64,000 bases of DNA from Nostoc sp. DedSLP01 (GCA_034530875.2 JAVRCJ020000014.1:64001-128000), one strand, 5' to 3'. Positions 49,639 to 60,672 are shown, counted from the first letter of the stretch. Translations and numbers: made by a program. Notes: generated by a model not told the origin, from the letters alone.

Positions 49639-50125
49639 CCCGCACCGCCGTCTTTACAAATTTTTACTTTTAATATATCTTTGCTTGTTTTAGGGCGGAG
49701 TGTCAATCAAACCACTACATGAATTCATGCAGCGATCGGTTCAATTCTGATTTATCTATAGATGATAGTCTATGGTAAATATTATTATTTAGCTATTAAT
49801 TCTAACATTTTTAAGTTTTGATATCACAAATATATAATTCTTTAAAAGAAATAAAAATAATTTAGAAAAAATTTATAAATCTCGGCTTTATTTGTGAAAA
49901 TCTTGTAAAAGACACCGTTGATACCGAATTTATTAGGCGCTTATGCCTATATTGGGGAAAGTTATTACAAATTATACGACATGAATACTGAAATAAGCTC
50001 TGTCAACTTCATAAATCGAATTACCTAAATATTTAGGTAAAACAACGATTTTTCGGTTGAAAGAGAAGAGGTATTGATGTCATTTTTCAATTTTTGTCGC
50101 TTTTTCCAACTACCCTGTTAAATTT

Positions 50126-50479
50126 ATGACTCTCACACAAGAAACTCAAGTAATTTTGTTCAAACCAGAAGCGAGTATCGATCTGGAAGGTGGCATGGTT
50201 TTGAGCGAACAGATGGCTAGAGTGGTACCCCAACCTAATCAACTTTGGATTATCGATTTAGCAGAAGTTAATTTTATGGATAGTTCTGGCTTAGTTCCTT
50301 TAGTCAAAGGTTTGAAAGCTGCACGAGAAAGCGGCTGCCGCTTAGTTTTATGCAACGTGCAAACTCCTGTAAGATTAATTTTGGAACTTACCCAGTTAGA
50401 TTCAGTCTTTGAAATTTTTGACACTTACGAAGATATCTTTACCAGTGCTAAAGATAAAAGTCTGGTGCTAGCAGGCTAA
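50126..50479 (+). CDS. STAS domain anti-sigma factor antagonist
   Basis: IDLAEVNFMDSSGL. Confidence 0.92.
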   Translation: MTLTQETQVILFKPEASIDLEGGMVLSEQMARVVPQPNQLWIIDLAEVNFMDSSGLVPLVKGLKAARESGCRLVLCNVQTPVRLILELTQLDSVFEIFDTYEDIFTSAKDKSLVLAG

Positions 50480-51016
50480 TTGATAAATCTACCTTGAGAA
50501 GGATGGTGGAGTCAAGAAAATTTGCATTTGTTTACAATTTTCCGTGTATGTTCGCGTCGTCAAGGATAATAGTCTGGTGCTAGCAGGCTAATACCCTATC
50601 TTACGTAGAAAAAAGTGTTGAGGAAAAGCCTTAGTTTTCCGGCTATCCAGCTAGTATGGGAAATGACCAAGATCGGTCAAAGCAAATGCAATTATTTGTG
50701 AGACTCCCCAGCCTCTGGAAAGCATCCCCACTACGGCTACAGCACTGGGTATGAACTAAACAAATACCTTCTTCTTCCCTCCACTCACTACTTCTCGATC
50801 GAGGCTTAAGATTATTTCTTGAAAGCGGTCTTTAGGCAGCCTACTAACCGCTATGAATAAAAGGAACGTTTTCTTCCTCCATTCCCCCCTTTCCCTATAT
50901 TTATTGAAAAGTATGATTTTTAACATACTCTAAGCTAATTGTTTTATCTTTGACGCAGCCAAGCTAATGGACGTCGAAATTTATTAGCTGTTTAATTGCA
51001 CCCAAATATTTCTAAT

Positions 51017-51577
51017 TTAGGCATTTTGGGGAGTTGAGATTTGAGTTTGTTCGGATACTGGCCGGGGAAAATTGGGCAAATCAATGCCGCTGTGACTAGC
51101 ACTGCGGGTTTTGATTGCTAAACGATAACTTACACTTTGGAGTTCCGCCTGTAGTTGGCGGTTTTCTCGTTGTAGCATTGCTACTTTTTCTCTGACTGGT
51201 GTCATTCGCTCCTCAAACTTACGACGGTAAATTTGAGGCAACTCTTGTACTACTTGCTCTAACATCCGAGTGCGATCGCTCAGTTCTTGAACTGATTGCC
51301 GCAATTGATAAATTTCGGAGTCACGAGTTGTAATCTGCTCCTGGTAGAATGCTACCTGCTGCTCCACAGCTTGGAGTTGTTCTTGCAAAGCTTGTATCTG
51401 CGTTATATCGCGCTCAAGGTTCGGCTGTTGGGGCATAAAGTTAGTATTGCCCTTTACCAACCGAAAGAGTTCTTGAGATAGCTGTTGCACTAATTGATCG
51501 CGAAGCTGCAACTCCTGGCGTAGCTGCGAGACTTCAGTCGAGAGAGCTTGAATGTTGGGTGTATTAGATTGGCTCAC
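51017..51577 (-). CDS. Cyanobacterial coiled-coil protein
   Basis: RDQLVQQLSQELFRLVKGN; heptad pattern. Confidence 0.82.
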   Translation of the reverse strand: MSQSNTPNIQALSTEVSQLRQELQLRDQLVQQLSQELFRLVKGNTNFMPQQPNLERDITQIQALQEQLQAVEQQVAFYQEQITTRDSEIYQLRQSVQELSDRTRMLEQVVQELPQIYRRKFEERMTPVREKVAMLQRENRQLQAELQSVSYRLAIKTRSASHSGIDLPNFPRPVSEQTQISTPQNA

Positions 51578-51839
51578 AGTGGCTAAAAGCTCCCATTCAG
51601 AATCTTGTCCACTCTTAGGTATAACTGCGGGAGTACTACCTTTGGCAAGTATTTGTTAATTTAGCATTGCGAGCCAAGTTACTGGTAAATAAAAAAACAA
51701 AATTTTAATTAAGGGCATTGGAATGGGGAAAGGGAAAAGGGTAAGGGGGAAAGGGAAAAGATTAAATTTATTCCTTTTCCCTTTTCCCTTTAACCTTTTC
51801 CCCTACCTTCCCAGTTCCTAGTCCTCAGTCCCGAGTCCC

Positions 51840-52172
51840 TTAAGCAGTTGCATTTGCAGCAACTTTAGCGGCTTTAGCTTCTTGGGATTCCTGCTTAATT
51901 GTGAGATAGCGAATCACGTCTTCACTCAAGCGCATAGCGCGTTCAAAGGGGGCGATCGCAGTTGCAGGTGCGGTGTAGTTTAACTGAATGTAGATACCAT
52001 CGCGGTGTCTTTTAATTTCATAAGCCAGACGACGCTTACCGCGATTTTGAATTTCAATATCCTCAGCGCCTTGTTCGCGAAGCAAATTCTGATATTTAGT
52101 AATTGCTTGCTCTGCTTGTTCGTCTCCCAAGTCAGGGCGCAGAATGTACATTGTTTCGTAACTTGTGGTCAT
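51840..52172 (-). CDS. rpsF: 30S ribosomal protein S6
   Basis: [10 protein letters not shown] and GKRRLAYEI motifs. Confidence 0.97.
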   Translation of the reverse strand: MTTSYETMYILRPDLGDEQAEQAITKYQNLLREQGAEDIEIQNRGKRRLAYEIKRHRDGIYIQLNYTAPATAIAPFERAMRLSEDVIRYLTIKQESQEAKAAKVAANATA

Positions 52173-52183
52173 TTTTTTGTTGT

Positions 52184-52273
52184 CTCCTTATGGACAAAAT
52201 GGCTGCTAGTGTTAATTTATACTGCGTTTAAATTTTAAATACTAGTATCGCTCAACATCTGAAGCAACAAGGA
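52184..52273 (-). promoter_or_regulatory. Probable S6:S18-type rpsF leader RNA
   Basis: 5' UCCUU can pair with the AAGGA of the SD; CCA just 5' of the SD; inner stem ACUAGUAUU/AACACUAGC. Confidence 0.5.
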
Positions 52274-52580
52274 ACTATAATCTTACCAGTTTTCAATTTG
52301 AATCATTAGCCAATCCGCCGAACTTTGGATTTTATTTCTTAGATGTTCCTAATGAAATGCTAGGTCGAAAGCCGACTTCAGATTTCCTTAGCAAGGAAGA
52401 ATCCAGCTTTTGGTGTTCGCCAGCAAATTGATTCAGCTATCAGCTTAGGTTTTTTTAAGGATATTTTATGGCGATCGCTTTTTTGCTCAAGGCTCAATCG
52501 GTTCGCTAAGAAGCTAACTGAGGATTGCTAATACTTGTTTACAGGTTTTAATCAAAGACAAAAGGATATTCATCAAGGTT

Positions 52581-53354
52581 ATGGCGCAGCGCTATGTACG
52601 AATTCAAAATCAAGAAGGACAGATTTACTATGGGTTACTACAACCATCCTTCAACGTCCAGGTGCTAGATGCTCCGCCCTGGTTACAGGGGCAACCTACT
52701 GATTTGACTTTGACGCCAGAAGATTACCAAATTTTGGCTCCTTGCGCTCCGTCAAAAATTGTGGCGGTGGGGAAGAATTACGCCGATCATGCGGCGGAAA
52801 TGGGAACTCCAGTGCCTTCTGAGCCACTAATTTTTCTCAAGCCACCCACGTCGATTATTCCATCTGAGACGGAAATTAAATATCCTCCCCAGTCGCAACG
52901 AGTAGATTACGAAGGAGAGTTAGCATTAGTGATTGGCGATCGCGTTTTTGACTGTACGCCAGAAGTCGCCCAAACTAAAATTTGGGGCTACACTATCGCT
53001 AATGATGTGACAGCGCGGGATTTACAAAAAAAAGATGGTCAATGGACGCGAGCCAAAGGTTTTGATACTTTTTGTCCTCTGGGGCCTTGGATTGTGCGGG
53101 AGTTAAATCCAGGAGCTAGATTACAGACTTTTCTCAATGATGATACCAATCCAGTTCAATCTGCCTGTATCGATCGAATGGTATTTCCGCCGGATGTTTT
53201 AGTGTCTTATATCAGTAAAGTGATGACACTACTACCAGGGGATGTAGTGCTTACAGGAACGCCAGAGGGTGTGAGTCCATTGCAATTGGGCGATCGCATC
53301 CGTGTAGAAATTGAGGGTATTGGCCGTCTGGAAAACACCGTGGCGATCCGTTAA
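52581..53354 (+). CDS. Fumarylacetoacetate hydrolase family protein
   Basis: VGKNYADH, DYEGEL, NDVTARD and TGTP motifs. Confidence 0.93.
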   Translation: MAQRYVRIQNQEGQIYYGLLQPSFNVQVLDAPPWLQGQPTDLTLTPEDYQILAPCAPSKIVAVGKNYADHAAEMGTPVPSEPLIFLKPPTSIIPSETEIKYPPQSQRVDYEGELALVIGDRVFDCTPEVAQTKIWGYTIANDVTARDLQKKDGQWTRAKGFDTFCPLGPWIVRELNPGARLQTFLNDDTNPVQSACIDRMVFPPDVLVSYISKVMTLLPGDVVLTGTPEGVSPLQLGDRIRVEIEGIGRLENTVAIR

Positions 53355-53357
53355 CGA

Positions 53358-53837
53358 CTAGCGAACTTGCATATATACCGCATCAGAAATCGCTGGAATT
53401 TCTGCATAACGCCCGATTAAAGATTGGATGACTGAATATCCAACTCCTACTACTACACCTAAAAAGATGGTGTTAGCAACCGTTTCTATGGCAAAGCCAG
53501 TACCGGGAACCTGTCTCAAAATTTGCACTAATATGGAACATAAAAATATAACTATATCCAGAAGAATTGCCTGCATTGTGTTGAAACGAATGAAGTGACT
53601 GATTTTTTCGTTTCTGACTACCAATAAGAACAAGGCAAAGAACACGATTAGTTGTCCTAATTGTCCTAAACTACCGTAAATTATCAGTACTGGTTGCAGC
53701 GGTAAAAGTAAGACTTGTAAAGCTGGAAACTGGGTAAACAAAAAGCTGCCAAAGACCAAACCATCAATTAACGGCAGCAAATAAGGCAAACAAGCAAAAA
53801 TTCTATCTGGAACTGTTGTAGACCCGCGCCAAGTCAT
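53358..53837 (-). CDS. Tic20 family (Ycf60-like) membrane protein
   Basis: DRIFACLPYLLPL and HFIRFNTMQA motifs. Confidence 0.9.
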   Translation of the reverse strand: MTWRGSTTVPDRIFACLPYLLPLIDGLVFGSFLFTQFPALQVLLLPLQPVLIIYGSLGQLGQLIVFFALFLLVVRNEKISHFIRFNTMQAILLDIVIFLCSILVQILRQVPGTGFAIETVANTIFLGVVVGVGYSVIQSLIGRYAEIPAISDAVYMQVR

Positions 53838-53918
53838 TATGCATTCTCCTATGGTGATATTTCAACACTTACTTGACCTTAGGATAACGCAGTTGCATGG
53901 TCTTGCTGTGAATTCGGA

Positions 53919-54116
53919 TTATTCTATATGGGCAATGCGAAAGCCCATTAGACATTCATATTGGTCTGGCTGCTGTTGAGTCAGTTTGCGAATAGCTTGG
54001 CCGCAACGCAGTTGACCTCCACGCCAACGGGGTTGGCCGCTGCCATCAGCGAGTAAACAAGACTGGCAAACTTGCTCAGGGGCAAGGATTTGCTCGTCCA
54101 TTAAAATGACTAGCAT
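53919..54116 (-). CDS. Small Cys-containing hypothetical protein
   Basis: CQSC...C...YECLMGF; GGAGG RBS. Confidence 0.75.
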   Translation of the reverse strand: MLVILMDEQILAPEQVCQSCLLADGSGQPRWRGGQLRCGQAIRKLTQQQPDQYECLMGFRIAHIE

Positions 54117-54528
54117 CTAATCCCTCCTGTAAATTTTCATTGTCAGCTAAATTTCACTTGAAAAAAGACACTCGTTGTAGCGGTCTCAAAGGACAGCACC
54201 TTGTCAGTTATGATGATTGGCGATCGCAGAATATACTTAAGAGCCACATCCTAACTGGTTGTAGCAAAAATGCAGGTGTCACAATTCAATCGAAGTTGTC
54301 AAGTGAATCTTAATTTATTGTATGTTCTGTTCTGTGGGAGATTGGGTTGTTTAGTCAAAAAAGCCTTATCTTAGGGTGTTGACTTTGCCAAAATTTAAAT
54401 ATATGAAACTAAGTTAACTCAATAGCCTTTTCAAGGATGCAATTACGAATTAGTGAGGTAAACTTGCAAGCAAGGTAATACACAACTATTACTAGGTAGG
54501 CGGTTCTTCGGTCTGGGCATCACTCATA

Positions 54529-57500
54529 ATGGACAACTGGCAATTTCTGATACAGAAGCAAGGCGATCGCTCGTGGCATATCCTGGAATCGCCAAATTTA
54601 CAAATTTTGGAAGGGCAGTATAGAGTTCTGGCTCGTTCTAGCCTGCGCAATACTGATGTGGAAGTGCGCGTCACTCACTTTTCAACACACGAAGCCACAC
54701 CAAAACGGCGAATTTTCAAGCGATCGCGTCGCATTAACTCTGAAGGCTTGATGGCGGTTATTCCCTTTACTGACTTTGAGCCAGGAATTTGGGAGTTGCG
54801 CTGCTGCGGCGATTTAATGTCGGATATGCTCGGTAAATCCTGGCAATACAGCATCCAAGTGCAAGTCCTGTCTCAGGAGGTATGGAATAGGGAAGATGCA
54901 GAAACAATACCACCCCACCACCTCATCACCCCACCTCTCCCACACTCCCAATACCCCATTGCCGATGCGCCATCGCCTGTAGAAACGCCAGATAAAGCGA
55001 TCGCCATCCCCACAGATAGCAGCCTTGAGACTGCTGTTGTGCCAGATACAAGCAAACAAGAAGACACAGATAGCAGTTTTGAGACTGCTGTTGTAGTAGA
55101 TGCGATCGAACAACAAGAAGATACAGATAGCAGTTTTGAGACTGCTGGTGTGGTAGATGCGATCGAACAAGAAGATACAGTTAGCAGTTTTGAGACTGCT
55201 GGTGTGGTAGATGCGATCGAACAAGAAGATACAGCTAGCAGTTTTGATATTGCTGTTGTGAATGCGGCTAAACAAGAAGATACAGATACGCCTGACACCA
55301 ATGTTGTGGCAGATGCGATCGAGCAAGAAGAAGACACAGATAGCAGCCTTGAGATTGCTGTCGTGAATGCGGCTAAACAAGAAGATACAGCGAGCGATCG
55401 CTCAGGTAACCCTGTATGGCTCAAAGGTGAGACGGCAGAACAAATTTTACAAAATTTAATAGAATTAGCTTTACCGACTAGCGAACCGTTGTCCGAAGAT
55501 GAAGAGGTTGTAGATTCTTCAGAAACACAACAGCCACAGCCATTATTGCTAACTTTAGATCGGGATACTTACGTTGCTTGTTGGGGGCAAGCTTTAACAA
55601 TTAATGGCCGGGTAGAACTTGAGGAAAAGACGAATCTAGAATTTGCTGAAACAGGATCGCCAAAAAGCGTCCGCGGACTAGAACTAAAAATTGAACTGCG
55701 ATCGCCCTTAGAGCCGCAAATCTTAAGCCAGGTACGGCGACCCTTGCCAGACCAAGACCTGCCTTTCACGATCGGTACCTCAATTGATATTCCTGCTGAG
55801 TGTGAATCAAAGTTAATTTTGGCAGATATTAGTTTGTATGGTAGATTGACCGAAATTGGTGAGCTTATACACTTAGCCAGTTATTCTTTCAGCATTACAG
55901 CAGATGTCACAGAATTACTGGCGATCGCAACCGCACCCAAACCTAGCACATCATCAAATAAGCTGACAGCGCCTTCGGCATCCTCTGATAATTTCACAGA
56001 ACCAGAGGCAGCAGTTAAACTCGATTTAAAACTATTGAATCTAGTCAAACTCCGCAAAACAGACCAGCCTCAGCTAACCAGCCCATCTTCAAATACACCA
56101 ACACCACCGCAAATTAACTTGGAAGTTCTGCGAGAAGCAACCCGAAAAACATCTCAGCACAAGACTTCAGCTACTTTGCCTCAATTACCGAAACTGCCGC
56201 CCATTCAAATTGATGTCAACACTTCTACAGACGTTGTTGCAGAATCTCCTACACAGAGTGAGCTTGTAGAAAAGGATGCTACCGTAACTGCCATCAATTT
56301 AGAGCAGTTACTCATCAAGCAACGTCGGATACCAATACTAGACACGACTTTTCCATTCTTGAAACGGGTACAAGCTACGCCAAGCTTTACAGAAGTAATA
56401 AATAATACCTCAGATACTTTAGAAATTGCGGCAACTGAGGACTCACTACACTTAGGCCAAACTCTCGCTGAAGAGGAAAATACAACTGAAGTACAACCTC
56501 AGGTAAATCTAGAATTCCAAGAACAACCTGCTCCTCAAGTACTACCTCAGCCAAATCCAGAATTTCACGAAGAATCTGCTCCTCAAGTACAACCTGAACT
56601 ATATCTAGAATTTCAAGAAGAATCTGCTCCTCAAGTACTACCTCAGGTAAATCTAGAATTCCAAGAAGAACCTGCTCCTCAAGTACTACCTCAGCTCAAT
56701 CCAGAATTCATTCAAACAAAACTTTACTCTTCTCCCTTGCTCAGGAAGTGGATGCAGAGCCAAGGATACTCTTTGCCTGAAACTATAAATGAGCTGCCAC
56801 CCCAAAGTTATGAGAACTATCTTCCAGTCGAGCAGACGCCCCCTTCTGTTAATGCAGAAAGCCCTAACGATGATGTTCTTGATATCAACTTGCTTTTAAG
56901 CTTAGATGCCAACACAGAAATACTAGAAGACACAGATACGCAAGAAAAAGCAGACCTGAGTATACAGGAGAATACGGAAGTAGAACAAATATTAGAAGAA
57001 CCGACATTTTCACCGCCTCTAGTATCACAAGTACCACCGCCTCCTCCTCCGATAAACACAGTTACAGCGTCAGCTTGGTTGGAGGAAGAAATTGTTGTAG
57101 ATGATACATACAGCGAATCAGAAACCAATGTAACGAACAGCTATGTGTTGGAGGAAGAGGAGCAACCACTGTCAGATTTGTCTCGTCTTTTAGCTATCAG
57201 TGCGGAAGCCATTGAGCCTTTGCCAATTCCACAACTGCATGTACCAGAGGGCGAACTCATAGCTGGTAAGTCTGTGATGGTGCGGGTAGTGATGCCTGAA
57301 GTCACTCGACAAGTTGCTATCAAGTTATGGGTTGAAGATTGTCAAACTCGTTGGTTATTAGACGGGCCGCATTTACTGACAAATTTACTACCTAACGCCT
57401 TGGGAGGCCTAGAAGTGATGACACAATTAAACATTTCCTTTGGCTGTTTGGAAATTCGTATAGAAGCGATCGCTCTCGATCCGACAACCCAACAAGAGAG

Positions 57501-57579
57501 TCACAAAGTCACCATAGTGCGGACTGTCATCCCTCCAGACTTGCCCAATTTAGAACTAGATGAACTATTGGGTATTTAA
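54529..57579 (+). CDS. Large acidic hypothetical protein with internal tandem repeats
   Basis: 1016-aa ORF; structured N-terminal, middle and C-terminal blocks joined by repeat linkers. Confidence 0.85.
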   Translation: MDNWQFLIQKQGDRSWHILESPNLQILEGQYRVLARSSLRNTDVEVRVTHFSTHEATPKRRIFKRSRRINSEGLMAVIPFTDFEPGIWELRCCGDLMSDMLGKSWQYSIQVQVLSQEVWNREDAETIPPHHLITPPLPHSQYPIADAPSPVETPDKAIAIPTDSSLETAVVPDTSKQEDTDSSFETAVVVDAIEQQEDTDSSFETAGVVDAIEQEDTVSSFETAGVVDAIEQEDTASSFDIAVVNAAKQEDTDTPDTNVVADAIEQEEDTDSSLEIAVVNAAKQEDTASDRSGNPVWLKGETAEQILQNLIELALPTSEPLSEDEEVVDSSETQQPQPLLLTLDRDTYVACWGQALTINGRVELEEKTNLEFAETGSPKSVRGLELKIELRSPLEPQILSQVRRPLPDQDLPFTIGTSIDIPAECESKLILADISLYGRLTEIGELIHLASYSFSITADVTELLAIATAPKPSTSSNKLTAPSASSDNFTEPEAAVKLDLKLLNLVKLRKTDQPQLTSPSSNTPTPPQINLEVLREATRKTSQHKTSATLPQLPKLPPIQIDVNTSTDVVAESPTQSELVEKDATVTAINLEQLLIKQRRIPILDTTFPFLKRVQATPSFTEVINNTSDTLEIAATEDSLHLGQTLAEEENTTEVQPQVNLEFQEQPAPQVLPQPNPEFHEESAPQVQPELYLEFQEESAPQVLPQVNLEFQEEPAPQVLPQLNPEFIQTKLYSSPLLRKWMQSQGYSLPETINELPPQSYENYLPVEQTPPSVNAESPNDDVLDINLLLSLDANTEILEDTDTQEKADLSIQENTEVEQILEEPTFSPPLVSQVPPPPPPINTVTASAWLEEEIVVDDTYSESETNVTNSYVLEEEEQPLSDLSRLLAISAEAIEPLPIPQLHVPEGELIAGKSVMVRVVMPEVTRQVAIKLWVEDCQTRWLLDGPHLLTNLLPNALGGLEVMTQLNISFGCLEIRIEAIALDPTTQQESHKVTIVRTVIPPDLPNLELDELLGI

Positions 57580-57818
57580 CCCAGGGGTGAGGGCATAGGT
57601 CAAACAGAGAATGGGGGAAAGGGAAAACGGTAAGGGGGAAAGGTTAAATTTATTCCTTTTCCCTTTTCCCTTTAACCTTTTCCCCTGTCTCCCCACCTCT
57701 TCCCCATGCCCTATGCCCAATATCTGCTGTGTTAAAAATCTTTAGAATTTAAAAAATCTGACGCACTTTGCAGTAAGCTCATCTTGAATTGTAGTGTGAT
57801 TTCACAGGAACTTTTACT

Positions 57819-57959
57819 ATGGCATTTGATTTTTTGCCTACTATCTTGGCTAGTACTTCTTACTTGCCTGCTATCTTTGTTCCAATCATTGGTTGGGTTC
57901 TACCAGGTGTGGTTTTCGCATTTCTATTTTTATACATAGAAAGCGAAGATATTGCTTGA
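57819..57959 (+). CDS. psaI: Photosystem I subunit VIII
   Basis: Manual translation MAFDFLPTILASTSYLPAIFVPIIGWVLPGVVFAFLFLYIESEDIA. Confidence 0.92.
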   Translation: MAFDFLPTILASTSYLPAIFVPIIGWVLPGVVFAFLFLYIESEDIA

Positions 57960-58184
57960 TTGGTTTATGACTAATTGGTGATTGGTAATAGATGACTTCG
58001 CTTTTTACCAATTACCTAATTATTCACTTTCCAGTCATTTTCATCAAGTTGATTGTAGAGCTAATTAATATACAGCAGAATTGGTGAATTCACAAGTCAA
58101 AATTGCAAAGTAAAACAAGCTTGAGGGTATGCGATCGCGCTTAGGTTGCGTACTTCACATTACTTAAAATCTGCTGTAACAATA

Positions 58185-58216
58185 CCGCCTATCTCAAAGA
58201 GACAGGCGGCTTTTTT
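58185..58216. terminator. Hairpin between convergent psaI and psbJ
   Basis: ccgcct...aggcgg followed by a T run. Confidence 0.6.
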
Positions 58217-58278
58217 ATGCTGATTTCTCAACAAATGCTAAAAAATTCAGACTTTATAGTATTGGCTTCAAACTAATT

Positions 58279-58398
58279 TTAGATTGAAGAACCCAGTCCA
58301 GCGTAGGCACCATAAAAGAAAATGCCTAAGACTGTAATTACACCTAATCCTGCGACCGTAGCGACGACCCACAGGGGAATTCTCCCACTTCCAGACAC
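58279..58398 (-). CDS. psbJ: Photosystem II protein J
   Basis: GTG start; [14 protein letters not shown]...[13 protein letters not shown]. Confidence 0.95.
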   Translation of the reverse strand: MSGSGRIPLWVVATVAGLGVITVLGIFFYGAYAGLGSSI

Positions 58399-58464
58399 AG
58401 CTTCTCTCCTCCCTTAACAACAAATCAACACAAGTTCAATAAACAAAGATTAACAAAGGTATTT

Positions 58465-58584
58465 CTAGTTAAAGAAGTAACTAGAAAACAGAATTCCCAG
58501 AACAAAAATTAGTAGTAGTCCCAGGTATAGCGAAGTCCGGTTTAATTCAACCGGTTGATTATTAGGATTGGGCGATCTTTCCAT
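58465..58584 (-). CDS. psbL: Photosystem II protein L
   Basis: [39 protein letters not shown]. Confidence 0.96.
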   Translation of the reverse strand: MERSPNPNNQPVELNRTSLYLGLLLIFVLGILFSSYFFN

Positions 58585-58593
58585 AACTTGCTC

Positions 58594-58731
58594 CTAGCGT
58601 TGAATAAATTGCATTGCGGCGATCGCGCCCAAAAAGAATACAGTTGGCACACCTAAGGTGTGAACTGCCAGCCATCTAACGGTAAAAATTGGATAGGTAA
58701 CTGGTTGATTGATGTTATTGCCGCTAGTCAT
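58594..58731 (-). CDS. psbF: Cytochrome b559 beta subunit
   Basis: [33 protein letters not shown]. Confidence 0.96.
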   Translation of the reverse strand: MTSGNNINQPVTYPIFTVRWLAVHTLGVPTVFFLGAIAAMQFIQR

Positions 58732-58740
58732 GATCTCAAA

Positions 58741-58989
58741 CTACTTTCCAATAAATTGTTCAACTTGGTTTTTCGCTTCAAAACGGTTCTTCACAATTGG
58801 TACTTCCTGCCGCACTGGTGTGAAATATTCATTGGGGCGGGGTGTACCAAAAGCATCATAAGCCAGTCCAGTGCTGACAAATAACCAACCAGCAATAAAC
58901 AATGCGGGGATGGTGATGCTGTGAATTACCCAGTAACGAACGCTGGTAATGATGTCCGAAAACGGACGCTCTCCAGTGGTACCTGACAT
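58741..58989 (-). CDS. psbE: Cytochrome b559 alpha subunit
   Basis: [23 protein letters not shown]. Confidence 0.97.
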   Translation of the reverse strand: MSGTTGERPFSDIITSVRYWVIHSITIPALFIAGWLFVSTGLAYDAFGTPRPNEYFTPVRQEVPIVKNRFEAKNQVEQFIGK

Positions 58990-59169
58990 TTAGATCCCTA
59001 CCTTCATTAAGAATGTATTGAGTTTATTATCCTACAAAGTTTAGAAAGAGTTACAAGTTGCAACGTTCTTCTCAGAAATGGGCATTGGGGATTGGGGACT
59101 GGGTATTGGGTATTGGGTATTATAAAAGCTCTTCCCAGTCCCTAGTCACCAGTCACCAGTCCCTAGCCC

Positions 59170-60189
59170 CTAAGCTGCTTGTGCAGAAGTTGTTTCCGGA
59201 TTTGGTATGTATTTAAGCAAGACGCCGCGATCGCCAATGACAAATCCTTGGTCTGGTTGGAAGAAAACAATCTTGTACAAATTGGCAGCTACTTCTTCTA
59301 CATCACGGTCTTTTTCCCAGGTTTTACCACCGTCGCTACTGCGTAGTAAATTACCGCTACCACCACCTATCCAAATTTCCTCGGGTGTGCGGTATGCCAA
59401 ATCGAGTAAACCCCAACTGGTCGATAACTCTGGAAAATCTGCTTTTTGCCACTCCTCAGGTTTAGCTGGTTCGGTAAACTGGAGCTGACCTCCTCTGGCT
59501 AGCATCCACAACTGACCACTGTCAGCAAAACCCATATTTTCTACTCGGCGGGAACTATTGCGATTATGAGGAACCCAAGCATTTTGTCCTGGTTCCCAAG
59601 TTGAGTAGAAATTACCTTTAGCGGAAACGGCAACATATTTGCCATCAGCAGAACGTTCTAAGTTACGCACTACACCCACTGCTGATTCCACTTTGGCTTT
59701 CCAGTTTTTGCCGCCATCTGTGGTTTGATAGATGGCTCCCACATCAGTAGCCATCTCAGCTGTGTTCTCTCCTAGTGCTTTAACTGCGATCGGGTTACCT
59801 GGTAGCTTTTCGCTCAGAGCAATCCGGGACCAAGAAGCGCCTTCATCAGTAGTATGAATTAAAAATCCAGGTTCTCCGGCAATCCAGCCTTCTTTACCCT
59901 GAAAACTAACTGAGTTAAAGCGATACTTTTGCTCATTTAGTTGCACTGCTATTGGTTTCCAAGTATCACCTCCGTCTTTAGTTTCCAACAGGGTGGCATT
60001 GCTACCTACTAAGTAGCCATGCTGAGGATTACCAGTAAAAGCAATATCCAGCAACTTTGCATCTGTTGGCACAGAAATGATTTTCCAAGGATTGTAGCTA
60101 ATAGAAGGCACTTTGCTACAACCAATACACATCAGGACTACAAGTAACAAGGCAAATATTCGTTGCCAACTTTTCACAATTGAATGCAT
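59170..60189 (-). CDS. ycf48: Photosystem II assembly factor Ycf48/Hcf136
   Basis: BNR-type T.DGG.TW repeats, lipobox-like Cys, position upstream of psbEFLJ. Confidence 0.95.
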   Translation of the reverse strand: MHSIVKSWQRIFALLLVVLMCIGCSKVPSISYNPWKIISVPTDAKLLDIAFTGNPQHGYLVGSNATLLETKDGGDTWKPIAVQLNEQKYRFNSVSFQGKEGWIAGEPGFLIHTTDEGASWSRIALSEKLPGNPIAVKALGENTAEMATDVGAIYQTTDGGKNWKAKVESAVGVVRNLERSADGKYVAVSAKGNFYSTWEPGQNAWVPHNRNSSRRVENMGFADSGQLWMLARGGQLQFTEPAKPEEWQKADFPELSTSWGLLDLAYRTPEEIWIGGGSGNLLRSSDGGKTWEKDRDVEEVAANLYKIVFFQPDQGFVIGDRGVLLKYIPNPETTSAQAA

Positions 60190-60336
60190 CAGTATCTCTT
60201 AGATTGATTCTAAATTTGTGTAGGTGTTTTCTAAAAGGTTTACCTTAAAGGCTAAAGTCTTGAGAATTCAGAATTCAGAATTCAGAATTCAGAACTCCTA
60301 ACTCCCAACTCCCAACTCAGCACTCTCAACCGGGTG

Positions 60337-60672
60337 TTATTGTAAGCCGTAGAGACTGAGAAAAAACAAAAAGGCAAGAGCCAGGGCACCAAAAATTAAG
60401 AAATTCTTTTGGGTTGGCGTTAGGCTGTTGACACCCAAACCGTAACCGAGATTTTCTTTAAAGCCGGATGCCGAACCCACAGGCCCGATGTTGGCAAAAG
60501 CCGTTTTCTTGGCACTACAAACTGGACAGCGCCAATTTACGGGCAGTTCTGCAAAGGGCGTTCCTGAAGGAATGTCATCTTTGTCATCTCCTTTTTCAGG
60601 TTCGTAAACATAACCGCAGGCGCGACACTCATAGCGGTCTAACACTGAAGTCTCAACAGCTGGTTCGCTCAT
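60337..60672 (-). CDS. rubA: Membrane-anchored rubredoxin
   Basis: CRACGYVY...WRCPVC with C-terminal TM; ATG at 60672. Confidence 0.93.
   Translation of the reverse strand: MSEPAVETSVLDRYECRACGYVYEPEKGDDKDDIPSGTPFAELPVNWRCPVCSAKKTAFANIGPVGSASGFKENLGYGLGVNSLTPTQKNFLIFGALALAFLFFLSLYGLQ

Noticed and set aside
54170..54270. Riboswitch (ZTP-like) upstream of the small Cys protein
   Set aside because: Some stems and a repeated gttgtagc are present, but the diagnostic 3' CGCCUGGG pseudoknot element is absent.
54814..55424. Long antisense ORFs of 183-188 aa
   Set aside because: They are shadows of the coding tandem repeats on the opposite strand. The same applies to antisense ORFs inside the kinase, NACHT, phoX and DUF5331-like genes.
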